Shown: positions 47,596-56,699 of the stretch, piece by piece
Layout: each line of letters starts with the position of its first letter
Position numbering within the stretch: the stretch's first letter is position 1
Assembly (NCBI GenBank): GCA_004213515.1
Contig: SHAK01000001.1
Coordinates: forward strand, 2,972-66,971
Length of the DNA stretch: 64,000 nt
Source: Limisphaerales bacterium
GTDB lineage: Bacteria > Verrucomicrobiota > Verrucomicrobiia > Limisphaerales > UBA1096
Direction: 5' to 3'
The notes under the pieces: generated by a model
Databases searched by the model: none
What the model was told of the DNA's origin: nothing
Seen by the model: the letters and a program-made list of their open reading frames with translations, nothing else
Program-made: the position numbers and the translations under genes

Positions 47596-49029
47596 TCAAA
47601 TAGACCAAGTTTCAACAGTACTGACCAATGATCGCACCGCAATTCCGGATGCACCCTTCGGGGCATTCGGCTGCGCTTTATCTAGATTGGCAGTGCCGGC
47701 TATATCTAAGTGAACCCAAGATGTCGAATCAACGAATTGCTCGAGAAATTTTGCAGCAGTAATAGTCCCTGCTTTCCGATCCGTCCCGGCATTTCGCAAG
47801 TCGGAAAGATCACCCTTCATGGGTTCTAAATAGTCATCATTCATAGGTAACTCCCAAAATTGTTCGCCGATACTTTTTCCAGTCGCCTTTATGTGCGATT
47901 GCAGAGAATTATCATTACCCATCATTCCAATGTTTACAGCTCCCAAAGCTATACTAACTGCCCCAGTTAATGTAGCCGCATCTATTAAGTGGGTTGCACC
48001 TTGCTGAACGGCATAAGTGAGTGCATCTGCCAAAACAAGCCGCCCTTCTGCATCAGTATTTATAACCTCAATAGTCTTGCCGTTCATCGCTTGAACGATA
48101 TCGCCAGGACGAGTTGCAGTCCCGCTTGGCATGTTCTCAACCAACCCTAGCAAACAACTAACACGCTGAGGAATATGTAGTCGTGCAATCGCAGTTATCG
48201 CCCCAAACATTGTTGCTGCACCCGCCATGTCGTACTTCATCTTCTCCATTGAATTAGCCGGTTTAAGAGAAATCCCACCAGTGTCAAATGTCACACCTTT
48301 ACCAACCAAAAATAAATGTGAATCATTAACAACTTCAGTCGGGTTCCAATCCAATCGAACTAATCGAGGAGGCCTCGCAGAACCCTTGGCTACACTTAAA
48401 AGCGAACCAGCACCGAGGGTTTCAAGGCTGGCTTCGTCTAAAACTTCAACTTTTAAACCGGCAGCAATACCCATCGACTCAGCTATCTCAGCGAACTCTT
48501 CTGGGCCTAAGTCATTTGCAGGAGTATCCACTAGCCGGCGTGTCAAATTCACAGATTCACCAACAATAATTCCCGTCTCAAGATCAGATTGTTCAGCCCC
48601 AGGCGCAATAATTATAATTTCCTCAACTGTCGAAGCTACCTCATCACTTTTATATTTTGGAGGTTCATACCCCCCGTAAACACATCCCTCTGTAACTGAA
48701 CGCACCAAATCTCCATCATTTAAAGCAAAGACCAGACTTTTAAATTTGCGTTTTTGCGCAGCTCGTAAAGCTTGGCCTGCCATACGAAATGCCTGATCTG
48801 CATCAAAGGTTTTGCCAACCCCCATGAGTATCAATCGGCTCGCAGCAAGGTCGTTCGGTTCATGAATAATAGTCAACTCACCATGCTTGCCGGTTATCTC
48901 TCCGGATTGACGCAAGCGAGAAACCAAAGTTTCTGCCCTCTCACCAAGTTTTGCACCTCCAACCAAAGGAACGAACACAGAATCACATTTTAGCTCAGCT
49001 AACGGTCCGTCATGTAAACGAATATTCAT
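47596..49029 (-). CDS. pepA: Leucyl aminopeptidase (M17 family)
   Basis: VGKGVTFDTGGISLKP and NTDAEGRLVLADAL signatures. 477 aa. Confidence 0.9.
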   Translation of the reverse strand: MNIRLHDGPLAELKCDSVFVPLVGGAKLGERAETLVSRLRQSGEITGKHGELTIIHEPNDLAASRLILMGVGKTFDADQAFRMAGQALRAAQKRKFKSLVFALNDGDLVRSVTEGCVYGGYEPPKYKSDEVASTVEEIIIIAPGAEQSDLETGIIVGESVNLTRRLVDTPANDLGPEEFAEIAESMGIAAGLKVEVLDEASLETLGAGSLLSVAKGSARPPRLVRLDWNPTEVVNDSHLFLVGKGVTFDTGGISLKPANSMEKMKYDMAGAATMFGAITAIARLHIPQRVSCLLGLVENMPSGTATRPGDIVQAMNGKTIEVINTDAEGRLVLADALTYAVQQGATHLIDAATLTGAVSIALGAVNIGMMGNDNSLQSHIKATGKSIGEQFWELPMNDDYLEPMKGDLSDLRNAGTDRKAGTITAAKFLEQFVDSTSWVHLDIAGTANLDKAQPNAPKGASGIAVRSLVSTVETWSI

Positions 49030-49139
49030 AAAGTCCCTACATCATCCGGGGTCAATGCCATCTTGTAAAGAGGCTAACGTAGATTAAGATCTTGAACTTT
49101 GCTTGTTCATAAGCTTCGGCAGGTCTATCCTCCTAGCAA

Positions 49140-50132
49140 ATGAAATCGATAAGTATAATTAGGGTGATTATTGCATTGGGAATATGTTTTAGCATAAAAA
49201 ATAACACTTTATTAGCAGCTGATGGCGCTAAAAAATTAAAGGCTTTCGGCCATGAAAATTGCATCGAACTAAAAAACAAAACTACACGCGTTATACTTGC
49301 ACCATCCGGAGGTCGCGTTCTTTCTTACGAAATCAGCGGAGTAAACACACTCTACTTAAGCAAATCTGACAGTGAGGGAAAGGGGGGCTCCAGCGCTGGC
49401 CGATTTGACATCGGTCCAGAGCGCGTACTACCTCGACACGAACTACTGTGGAGCGGAACTTACAAAGGTGAAATCACAGGAACTCGATCCGCTAAATTTA
49501 CTAGTGGAAAAGATGCCGCAACCGGCTTTCAAATCATACGGGAATTTAAACTCGCCAGTAAAGGAACTCATCTTCGTATTAAGCAAACTGTTGTTAATAT
49601 CTCCAATCAAACTAATCAAGTTTGTTACTGGTGTAGAACTTTTGTGCACGGCAAAGGTATATGTGTTGTACCTGTTACAAAACATAGTCGTATGCCTCGC
49701 AAACACGTAATATACGAAAACGGCACCACAATTAACTTCCTCCCAGAAGATGAAAAAATCACTCAGCGTGATGGCTACGTACTTGTTGAAGGTCCACCAA
49801 GGAAACCAAAGCTCGGATTCGATAGTAAGTCTGGATGGATGGCCTATTTCATGCAAAACGACCTACTCTTTGTAAAACAGTGGCCTACATTCCCTAAGAA
49901 GCCTTACAATGAGATGGCGGGATTGACACTTTCTATCTGGTATCCTGATGGGCCGATGTGCGAACTCGAACCGATTGGCCCTCAAGAAATCCTAAAACCT
50001 GGTGAAAAAGCTTCCTTTACTGAAGATTGGTGGGTAGCTGAACAAAAATTTCCTGGTGATGCAAAATCAGTGAATCTTGAGGAATTAGAAGCTAAGGTCA
50101 AAAAGCTAACTAATCCAAAAAAATCTATATAA
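49140..50132 (+). CDS. Secreted hypothetical protein (possibly mutarotase-like beta-sandwich, DUF4380-like)
   Basis: 330-aa ORF with a signal peptide. GGRVLSYEISGVNTLY...GRFDIGPE is reminiscent of aldose-epimerase-like folds. The functional call is weak. Confidence 0.4.
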   Translation: MKSISIIRVIIALGICFSIKNNTLLAADGAKKLKAFGHENCIELKNKTTRVILAPSGGRVLSYEISGVNTLYLSKSDSEGKGGSSAGRFDIGPERVLPRHELLWSGTYKGEITGTRSAKFTSGKDAATGFQIIREFKLASKGTHLRIKQTVVNISNQTNQVCYWCRTFVHGKGICVVPVTKHSRMPRKHVIYENGTTINFLPEDEKITQRDGYVLVEGPPRKPKLGFDSKSGWMAYFMQNDLLFVKQWPTFPKKPYNEMAGLTLSIWYPDGPMCELEPIGPQEILKPGEKASFTEDWWVAEQKFPGDAKSVNLEELEAKVKKLTNPKKSI

Positions 50133-50138
50133 AAAAGT

Positions 50139-51266
50139 CTAGGGACTTTTCGCGAATGGTAACGGGCCATAAATGTGAACAGCAAATGGCTCAAATCGTT
50201 CAGCAACCCATGTGCCATCTGAAATTGCAAAACGATCCTCAAACGTTACCGGAACTGGATCAACTACATTCCAAGGCAACCGAAACCGATAAGTGTGAAA
50301 TAGCGGAGTTGTATTAACTGCGAGAATATAATGTCCCGGCAGGATAGATTTATCACCCAACTTAACATTTAAAAGAACTGACTGCACACTCGCCTCAAGC
50401 GCAGAATTGAAACGCGTATCTTGATTCTCAAAATGATGTGCCTTTGGCCACCAAACATGCTCTGCATTAAATAATACATCACGCTGTCTCACTTCCGCTA
50501 CCACTCTCTTTAGCGCAGACCAAAGCTCAGGATATTTTTTCTCTTTTAACAGCATATCAGCATAACTGAAGTAAAATATTCCATTCGCACCGCGAGCCAA
50601 AGCACTATAGGTCATACTGCGTAATTCGTATTCAGTTGGAGGTCTTAAATTTTCTTCACCTGCAAGCACGCTCTTATGAGCACTCCAATCAAATGACTGA
50701 ATCACAGCGATTAGAGGTCTTTCTGAATCTGTCGCAAGTCGAGCTTTATGAATATGTTGAGAGAAATTAGCTAAAGGCAGCCATGGAACCGGATAACGAT
50801 CTACCATTGTAATGTCAGCAATGTTACCATACCACTGAGACTCATCCCCCTTATAAAGAACCACACTTGTAGGCTTAATCGCTCCAGCGCGCTTTATAAC
50901 ATTATGAGCCTCCTTCACCTTCATGGGAGATACCCTTTGCATATCCGGTTCATCGATTAGATACCAAGACCATAATGCTGGATGTCTGTCTAATTGGGCT
51001 ATTTTTGATCGAGCCTTAGCAGAATTAAATGATGCCCCTGCAGATGATCCAGGCGAAGCCAAAACCCTCAGCCCATTCCTTTCAGCAGTATCCAAATAAT
51101 CAATATCTGCAGGCCCTGTAACTAGATTGAAACCAGCCTCAGCAACATCTGGAAGATTTGCAGAACTACCAACTGAATAAATACCAACAGGATATTCCTG
51201 ATTATTTACCACTTTGCAGCCCAAAAAAAAGGTTGCTATGAATAAAAAACAAATTAGACGAAGCAT
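50139..51266 (-). CDS. Lipoprotein, putative TIM-barrel glycoside-hydrolase-like protein
   Basis: ATG 51266 gives MLRLICFLFIATFFLGC (lipobox). WSWYLIDEPD resembles the acid/base region of clan GH-A-like proteins. The family is unresolved. Confidence 0.4.
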   Translation of the reverse strand: MLRLICFLFIATFFLGCKVVNNQEYPVGIYSVGSSANLPDVAEAGFNLVTGPADIDYLDTAERNGLRVLASPGSSAGASFNSAKARSKIAQLDRHPALWSWYLIDEPDMQRVSPMKVKEAHNVIKRAGAIKPTSVVLYKGDESQWYGNIADITMVDRYPVPWLPLANFSQHIHKARLATDSERPLIAVIQSFDWSAHKSVLAGEENLRPPTEYELRSMTYSALARGANGIFYFSYADMLLKEKKYPELWSALKRVVAEVRQRDVLFNAEHVWWPKAHHFENQDTRFNSALEASVQSVLLNVKLGDKSILPGHYILAVNTTPLFHTYRFRLPWNVVDPVPVTFEDRFAISDGTWVAERFEPFAVHIYGPLPFAKSP

Positions 51267-51413
51267 ATGCGCATTATAGGAGCTAATAGTAACATCGATC
51301 AATTCAAGTGCAAGGGGCCAAGCAAATCAACCAAGCAAACCTTAAAATTGAATAAAATTAAAAAACCGCTTGTAAAAGCCAACACTATTTTGCACTTTGT
51401 CCACCCCTTAAGT

Positions 51414-51500
51414 GCACTCGTGGTGGAATTGGTAGACACGCAACCTTGAGGTGGTTGTGCCCCTAAAGGCGTGAAGGTTCGAGTCCTTTCGAGTGCACCA
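51414..51500 (+). tRNA. tRNA-Leu (anticodon GAG), long variable arm, CCA encoded
   Basis: GCACTCGTGGTGGAATTGGTAGACACGCAACCTTGAGGTGGTTGTGCCCCTAAAGGCGTGAAGGTTCGAGTCCTTTCGAGTGCACCA. It has acceptor GCACTCG/CGAGTGC, anticodon arm CAACC-TTGAGGT-GGTTG and T-loop GTTCGAGTC. Confidence 0.95.
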
Positions 51501-51560
51501 ATTTTCCTAAGAAATAACTCAGTTCGAGATTATTCTTTCAGTTCCCATTCCTCTCTATCC

Positions 51561-51612
51561 GTTAGCTTTTCGCAAAATCGGTTAGCGGATGTTAGCGGAA
51601 TGCGGGTTAGTA
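51561..51612 (+). repeat. Four direct GTTAGC(GG) repeats in the tRNA-Leu to amt spacer
   Basis: GTTAGC at 51561, GTTAGCGG at 51581 and 51591, and GGTTAG at 51605. Spacing is 20, 10 and about 15 nt. Confidence 0.6.
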
Positions 51613-51635
51613 AGTCTACAAACCACGGCAACGTA

Positions 51636-51658
51636 AGGTGGCGTACCACCTACTTTTC
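51636..51658 (+). terminator. Weak terminator-like hairpin downstream of tRNA-Leu
   Basis: AGGTGG-CGTA-CCACCT is followed by ACTTTTCT. An upstream CCAC (51622-25) could alternatively pair with the GGTGG arm. Confidence 0.3.
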
Positions 51659-51988
51659 TATCGAAAAAAAAGTTCAACTAAATGGAATGTTACTTTGTCA
51701 CTTGTCTGTATAATTTGAGCAACACTCTCCTCTAATTAAAGGTTTCTATCATCCCACTCAAATGGATAAAAATCTACAGAAAGAATTTAAAACGACAGAG
51801 TATAAAGTTCAAAAAGCTTCAGATAATCATTTGATTAATTAATTTAAATTATTGCTAATAAGCAACTTAGAATCGATGTATTAAATATTATGAAAATTTG
51901 GCAAGAAGAGTGCTAATAGAATATCGTGCTTAACATTTTGTACAAAGTAACAATGTCAGAGCGAAATAATAATATTAAATCTAATTAT

Positions 51989-53485
51989 ATGAGAACGAAA
52001 TTAATCGGTTCACTGAAAAGTGTATTTCTTTTTACACTATTAACATTATTGCCAATGGAAATATTGGCGCAAGAATCAGCTCCTTCTCCACCGCCATCAA
52101 CTAATATAGGCGATCTTGGACCACTTTTAGAGAAAAATGAAAAAGAAGAAGCCGTAAATGAATATGGACCAGCATTTGTAGAAATGGTTCAAGAATCTGG
52201 CGTTTATGCTCCGGCCTTTGATTTCTTCACAACTAGCATGCTATGGACAGTAATTGCAGCAGCCCTTGTATTTATAATGCACTTAGGTTTTGCCTGCTTA
52301 GAATCTGGATTATGTCAGGCAAAAAATACTGTTAATATTCTTTTCAAAAATGTTTTTATTATCTCTATCGGTGTTTTGACTTATGCCCTATGGGGATTCA
52401 ACACTCATTATCCTGGAGACAGTTGGATTATCGGTGGCTGGCTAGCTCTAGGAGGGAGTATCGGTGATTTAAATGCCGATGGAGGTTCTACCTTTAGCTA
52501 TGGAGGTCTAGATCTAGCTATGACAGGATACGGTGACTTTATTTTCCAATCAATGTTTGCAGCTACAGCAGCAACAATTGTATCAGGAGCGGTCGCCGAA
52601 AGAATTAAACTTGGGACATTTATGATATATGCCACAATTCTCGTTGGCTTCGGTTACACTATCGCAGGTTCTTGGCACTGGGGCGGAGGATGGTTAGCCG
52701 GCTTAAATGGAGATGCTGGATTTAAAGACTTCGCAGGGTCTACAGTAGTTCATGCCTTTGGTGGTTTCGCCGCACTTGCAGCTGTTATTGTGTTAGGGCC
52801 AAGAAGTGGTAAATATGTTAATGGAAAAGTAAAACCAATACTTGGCCACAGTATGCCGCTTGCTACCATAGGTGTATTTCTATTGTTTTTAGGATGGTTT
52901 GGATTTAACGGGGGTTCTGTTCTATCTGCTAACCCTGGTCCATTAGGATTAGTCTTTACCACTACCACACTCGCTGCATGTGCAGGAGCAATTGCGGCAA
53001 TTTCTGTAGCTTGGATTAAGTTTGGAAAGCCTGACTTATCCATGGCTTTGAACGGGGTACTTGCCGGCTTGGTAGGAATCACTGCTAATGCAGATATTGT
53101 TTCCCCTATTGGAGCAATTGGTATTGGAGCAATCGCTGGGGTTATAATGTTTGTTTCGGTAATTATTTTCGACAGTGTTTTGAAAATTGACGACCCAGTA
53201 GGAGCAATTTCTGTTCACGGTATATGCGGAATTTGGGGAACTTTAGCATGCGCATTATTTGATACTACCGGAAGCGGCTATACAATAGGCGGTCAGCTTA
53301 TTGGATGTTTATCTGTCTGCGCATTTGCCTTTATATTCTCTTTTGCTCTTTGTCACATATTGAAAGCTATAGGAGGCATAAGAGTTTCAGAGGAAGAAGA
53401 AAAACTGGGATTGGACGTTAGTGAACATGGCCAACCAGCTTACTCTCCAGCTGATTCTTTGGGCAGTGAATCTATGGCAATGTAA
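51989..53485 (+). CDS. amt: Ammonium transporter (Amt family)
   Basis: DFAGSTVVHAFGGFAALAAVIVLGPR and other Amt motifs, with about 11 TM helices. The track starts at GTG 51926. ATG 51989 (MRTKLIGSLKSVFLFTLLTLLPMEILA) gives the usual cleavable leader. Confidence 0.9.
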   Translation: MRTKLIGSLKSVFLFTLLTLLPMEILAQESAPSPPPSTNIGDLGPLLEKNEKEEAVNEYGPAFVEMVQESGVYAPAFDFFTTSMLWTVIAAALVFIMHLGFACLESGLCQAKNTVNILFKNVFIISIGVLTYALWGFNTHYPGDSWIIGGWLALGGSIGDLNADGGSTFSYGGLDLAMTGYGDFIFQSMFAATAATIVSGAVAERIKLGTFMIYATILVGFGYTIAGSWHWGGGWLAGLNGDAGFKDFAGSTVVHAFGGFAALAAVIVLGPRSGKYVNGKVKPILGHSMPLATIGVFLLFLGWFGFNGGSVLSANPGPLGLVFTTTTLAACAGAIAAISVAWIKFGKPDLSMALNGVLAGLVGITANADIVSPIGAIGIGAIAGVIMFVSVIIFDSVLKIDDPVGAISVHGICGIWGTLACALFDTTGSGYTIGGQLIGCLSVCAFAFIFSFALCHILKAIGGIRVSEEEEKLGLDVSEHGQPAYSPADSLGSESMAM

Positions 53486-53560
53486 CTTCCATGAGCATTG
53501 AATTTATAATCATTTCTTTTACACGCGGTTGTTTTTGTTACTTGTAAACAGTTAGTGTCG

Positions 53561-53599
53561 AGGTGGCCGACTTTTGCCTTAGTCGGTCACCTTTTTTTA
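53561..53599 (+). terminator. Rho-independent terminator after amt
   Basis: AGGTGGCCGACT-TTTGCCTT-AGTCGGTCACCT (12-bp stem, one mismatch) is followed by TTTTTTT. Confidence 0.75.
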
Positions 53600-53612
53600 T
53601 AAAAAAATTCTA

Positions 53613-53810
53613 ATGTCACCTCGCAAAGAACAGAACTTAATCTATTCACAAATAAAAGAATGTATGAATAGAATATACACATTAGAAGAAAATGATTTTG
53701 TTAATGAAATGCATTATTTTGATGTAGACAAAATCCTTACAGAGGAATTTTATAAAATTTTCAAATTAATGGATTTAAACTATATTAATTTGAATGGAGC
53801 AAAATTGTAA
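53613..53810 (+). CDS. Hypothetical 65-aa protein (very AT-rich; may not be real)
   Basis: ATG ORF in an otherwise empty 460-nt AT-rich spacer. I recognise no motif. Confidence 0.2.
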   Translation: MSPRKEQNLIYSQIKECMNRIYTLEENDFVNEMHYFDVDKILTEEFYKIFKLMDLNYINLNGAKL

Positions 53811-53946
53811 AATTCTCAGTTTGCTTTTCATCATTCGTAAACTGCGATTTTCTCATTAATCAGATTCAATACATCTAGTTAGACAGGTTGAAATAATAGA
53901 GCGAAAAAAATTATTAATTCGTTCAGGCGACGGAGAGTTTGAATAT

Positions 53947-55197
53947 TCACTCCTCGTCTTTTTTTGTCTTACTCAAGTTTAGCCAAATCCTCTTGATGGT
54001 ATCCTCCTGCCTTTTACCTTTTGGCCCCACCATACTTGCTGAATAATGTTGAAATCTACGCAAAGGCAGCTGGAAGTAACCATTAGAATCATTCTCTCTC
54101 ACCCATTTGTAAGCGTACTCTAACCATTTGTTACGATATGACTCTGACTGATTTATAAACCAATTAATTTCATCCCAGCCCCAAACATGAATTTTGTCAG
54201 ATTCAAGATATTTACCAGGATGATCTGAATTACCAAAATTATCTATCTCAACAATATAAGGTAATGAATCACAAGCCCATCCACTTGGACTTATTCCCCC
54301 GGCGCTTCGACCATATATACTATCGCTAAATCCCTTTTCTAAAATAGCTTGATGCGGTCGCCCATTTAACGATTTAGGCCGTGAAGGAAATGAATGAAGA
54401 TCGAACATTAGCTTGCCATCATGCACAATACCTCCACTTGGAACATGTGCATCGCAAAGAACAAGATTTCGACGAGCATGTTTCTTTGCATAACTGCGAA
54501 TGCGAGCCATCATATCTCTCCAGTGAATATGCTTTCTGTCACGGTCATCCATAATTTCCACCTGCCCAAAATGAATTGCCTCAAGGCCCATATCAATCCA
54601 ACGCTTGGCTACATAAAAAAACCACATTTTTGTTTCAATTCTGCTCATATCCGGGACTGAAGCCCCTTTTTCCCAGTGATTAACTCTCCGGCCTAATGGA
54701 TATATCATTTTTTTATAGTCAAAATTTCTATTCTCTGGACTTAAACTAAACTCCTTAAATACCGCAGATGGTATTTTAACATTATTTACATCAGTTGTGA
54801 CAATTTCGAAGATGGCACCCTGAAGAATAATATCTGAATCTATTTGATGGATTTGCTTAACAAAAGGTGCTCCTTTATCAATTAGAGCATCTATTTTAGA
54901 TTCGTTACCCCACATCCAAATCACACGACCGGCAAATTTAACTCCAGTGTTTTGAATCATCCGTAAGTCATCATCCAAGGCTAGATGAAGCAAAGAGGCA
55001 ACTGTCGCACTTCGAGCTAAATAGTTCTCAAGAACAGAGCGAGAGATATTTTCTTTAAACAAATAATTTGGTTTTTTTTCACTTCCTTGAATCTCCCCAA
55101 AAGCGAAAAGGAAAAGAAACGCTAAAAATATTGTAATTAAACTTAAGCCTAAACTACTAAATTTAATCACTATTGAACCTTTAGTCTTACTCATCAC
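53947..55197 (-). CDS. Membrane-anchored/secreted hypothetical protein
   Basis: 416-aa ORF with an N-terminal hydrophobic anchor (LGLSLITIFLAFLFLFAF). I could not assign a family by eye. Confidence 0.5.
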   Translation of the reverse strand: MMSKTKGSIVIKFSSLGLSLITIFLAFLFLFAFGEIQGSEKKPNYLFKENISRSVLENYLARSATVASLLHLALDDDLRMIQNTGVKFAGRVIWMWGNESKIDALIDKGAPFVKQIHQIDSDIILQGAIFEIVTTDVNNVKIPSAVFKEFSLSPENRNFDYKKMIYPLGRRVNHWEKGASVPDMSRIETKMWFFYVAKRWIDMGLEAIHFGQVEIMDDRDRKHIHWRDMMARIRSYAKKHARRNLVLCDAHVPSGGIVHDGKLMFDLHSFPSRPKSLNGRPHQAILEKGFSDSIYGRSAGGISPSGWACDSLPYIVEIDNFGNSDHPGKYLESDKIHVWGWDEINWFINQSESYRNKWLEYAYKWVRENDSNGYFQLPLRRFQHYSASMVGPKGKRQEDTIKRIWLNLSKTKKDEE

Positions 55198-55273
55198 TGT
55201 TCATCAGCCTTTGCTTAACTCAGTAAATTCTTAAGCGCATAAAGTATGCTTAGTTCAAAATGAACCTAAACAG

Positions 55274-56695
55274 TCAATCGATAATAGCTTCTCTCACAAT
55301 TGCTCCAATTTTTTTTGGAAGATCAGATGGCTTTTGAACCATGTACACAAGAGTCAGTTTCTCAGATGGGGTTGTCCAAGAAATAGTGCCAGCAGCTCCC
55401 CCCCAACTATATGTGCCAGCAATTTGCCCGTTTCTGGATTTTTCTTGGTTCAGCGTAATATAAGTCGTATAGCCATGACCTTGACCGGGGCCTCCCTTAG
55501 CTGCTTGGGTAAAAAGATTACCCACCTGATTAGTTGTCATCATCGCGACGGTTTTAGGTTTAAGGATTTGATTACCAAACAAGGTTCCCCCGTTTACAAG
55601 CATCTGTTGAAAATGCAGATAGTCACGTGTTGTACTAAATACCCCTCCAGAATTTGAGGCATAAGTACTTAACTCTTCCCCAACAACTTCCCCATTACCT
55701 TTAGCTTTTTTATGTAATTTATAAGGCATTCGGAAAAGCTGGTCTTCGGGAACATCCCAATAAGTATCTTTCATATAGAGTGGATTAAAAATGCGTTTCT
55801 GTATGAACTCATGCAGTGACATTTTTGAAGCTATTTCGATTATTCGCGCCACCACAGTCAACCCGCTACCTGGACTGTATGCCCATCGAGCACCTGGCTG
55901 AAAATCCAGAGGTCTTGCTGCCATTCTGGGCACCCAAGTAGCTAGAGTATCTGTCGGTAAAGCACGATCTTTTACTATTCTGGATCCCAACCCACCTCCT
56001 GTTCCTAGTCCGGCGGTGTGTGTCAAAAGATCATGAATAGTCAAAGGTCTGTTAATCTTCTCGAGCCGATATTTAGGAACCTCTCTCTTACTTTTTGCAT
56101 GCCAGCCTTTTTTACTCTTCTCATTGGTTTTAGATCCCGGTTTTTTGATAGATTTATTTTTAACCTTTTTTTTCAATTGAAGATCTTTATCAGTTGGCTT
56201 TAAAGGAATAGCAACTTTCAACCCTTCGTATTCAGGAATATATTTTGATACTGGATCGTCGATTCTAATCAGGCCATCGTCAATCAGGATCATTGTTGCC
56301 ACACCAATCAAAGGCTTAGTGGAGGATGCCATTAGAAAAATCGAGTCTTCGGGCATAGGTCTCGGGGTTTTCTCTTCAAGAATTCCATGAGCTTCAAAAT
56401 AGATTACCTTGCTTTGCCGGCTAATACCAATAACAGCGCCCTCTATTCGGCCAGCATCAACATATTCTTGCACCAATTCATCTATCTTTTTTAAAGCCTC
56501 AGACGACATGCCCACTTCTTCCGGCTTACCACGAGGCAATTCATTACTCGCAATAGCTGAGGTTTTGACTTTAGACGGCTTTAATACAACTTCTTCTGAC
56601 TTCAGTGACTCAATGCAACCCACTAGAATAACAGATGCGATTGCGATATAAAATTTGCTCATTTGAATTATAGATTCGTTGTTACGTTTTTTCAC
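55274..56695 (-). CDS. Serine hydrolase of the beta-lactamase/DD-peptidase (class C-like) family, lipoprotein
   Basis: Lipobox ILVGC and SxxK motif MASSTKPLIG. A Lys-rich ~50-aa insert (KKKVKNKSIKKPGSKTNEKSKKGWHAKSKRE) lies between the conserved cores. Confidence 0.75.
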   Translation of the reverse strand: MKKRNNESIIQMSKFYIAIASVILVGCIESLKSEEVVLKPSKVKTSAIASNELPRGKPEEVGMSSEALKKIDELVQEYVDAGRIEGAVIGISRQSKVIYFEAHGILEEKTPRPMPEDSIFLMASSTKPLIGVATMILIDDGLIRIDDPVSKYIPEYEGLKVAIPLKPTDKDLQLKKKVKNKSIKKPGSKTNEKSKKGWHAKSKREVPKYRLEKINRPLTIHDLLTHTAGLGTGGGLGSRIVKDRALPTDTLATWVPRMAARPLDFQPGARWAYSPGSGLTVVARIIEIASKMSLHEFIQKRIFNPLYMKDTYWDVPEDQLFRMPYKLHKKAKGNGEVVGEELSTYASNSGGVFSTTRDYLHFQQMLVNGGTLFGNQILKPKTVAMMTTNQVGNLFTQAAKGGPGQGHGYTTYITLNQEKSRNGQIAGTYSWGGAAGTISWTTPSEKLTLVYMVQKPSDLPKKIGAIVREAIID

Positions 56696-56699
56696 ATTA

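Noticed and set aside
51561-51658. Calling the amt leader a known glutamine (glnA RNA) riboswitch, because of superficial CGGAA...GTAAGG similarity.
   Set aside because: I cannot reconstruct the conserved three-stem/E-loop architecture or the P1 helix from this sequence by eye. It is kept only as an unassigned candidate regulatory region that needs a covariance-model test.
51267-51713. Two track ORFs (51267-51449 and 51471-51713, 60 and 80 aa).
   Set aside because: Both overlap the tRNA-Leu gene (51414-51500) or its flanks and have no coding signal. They are artefacts of six-frame translation.
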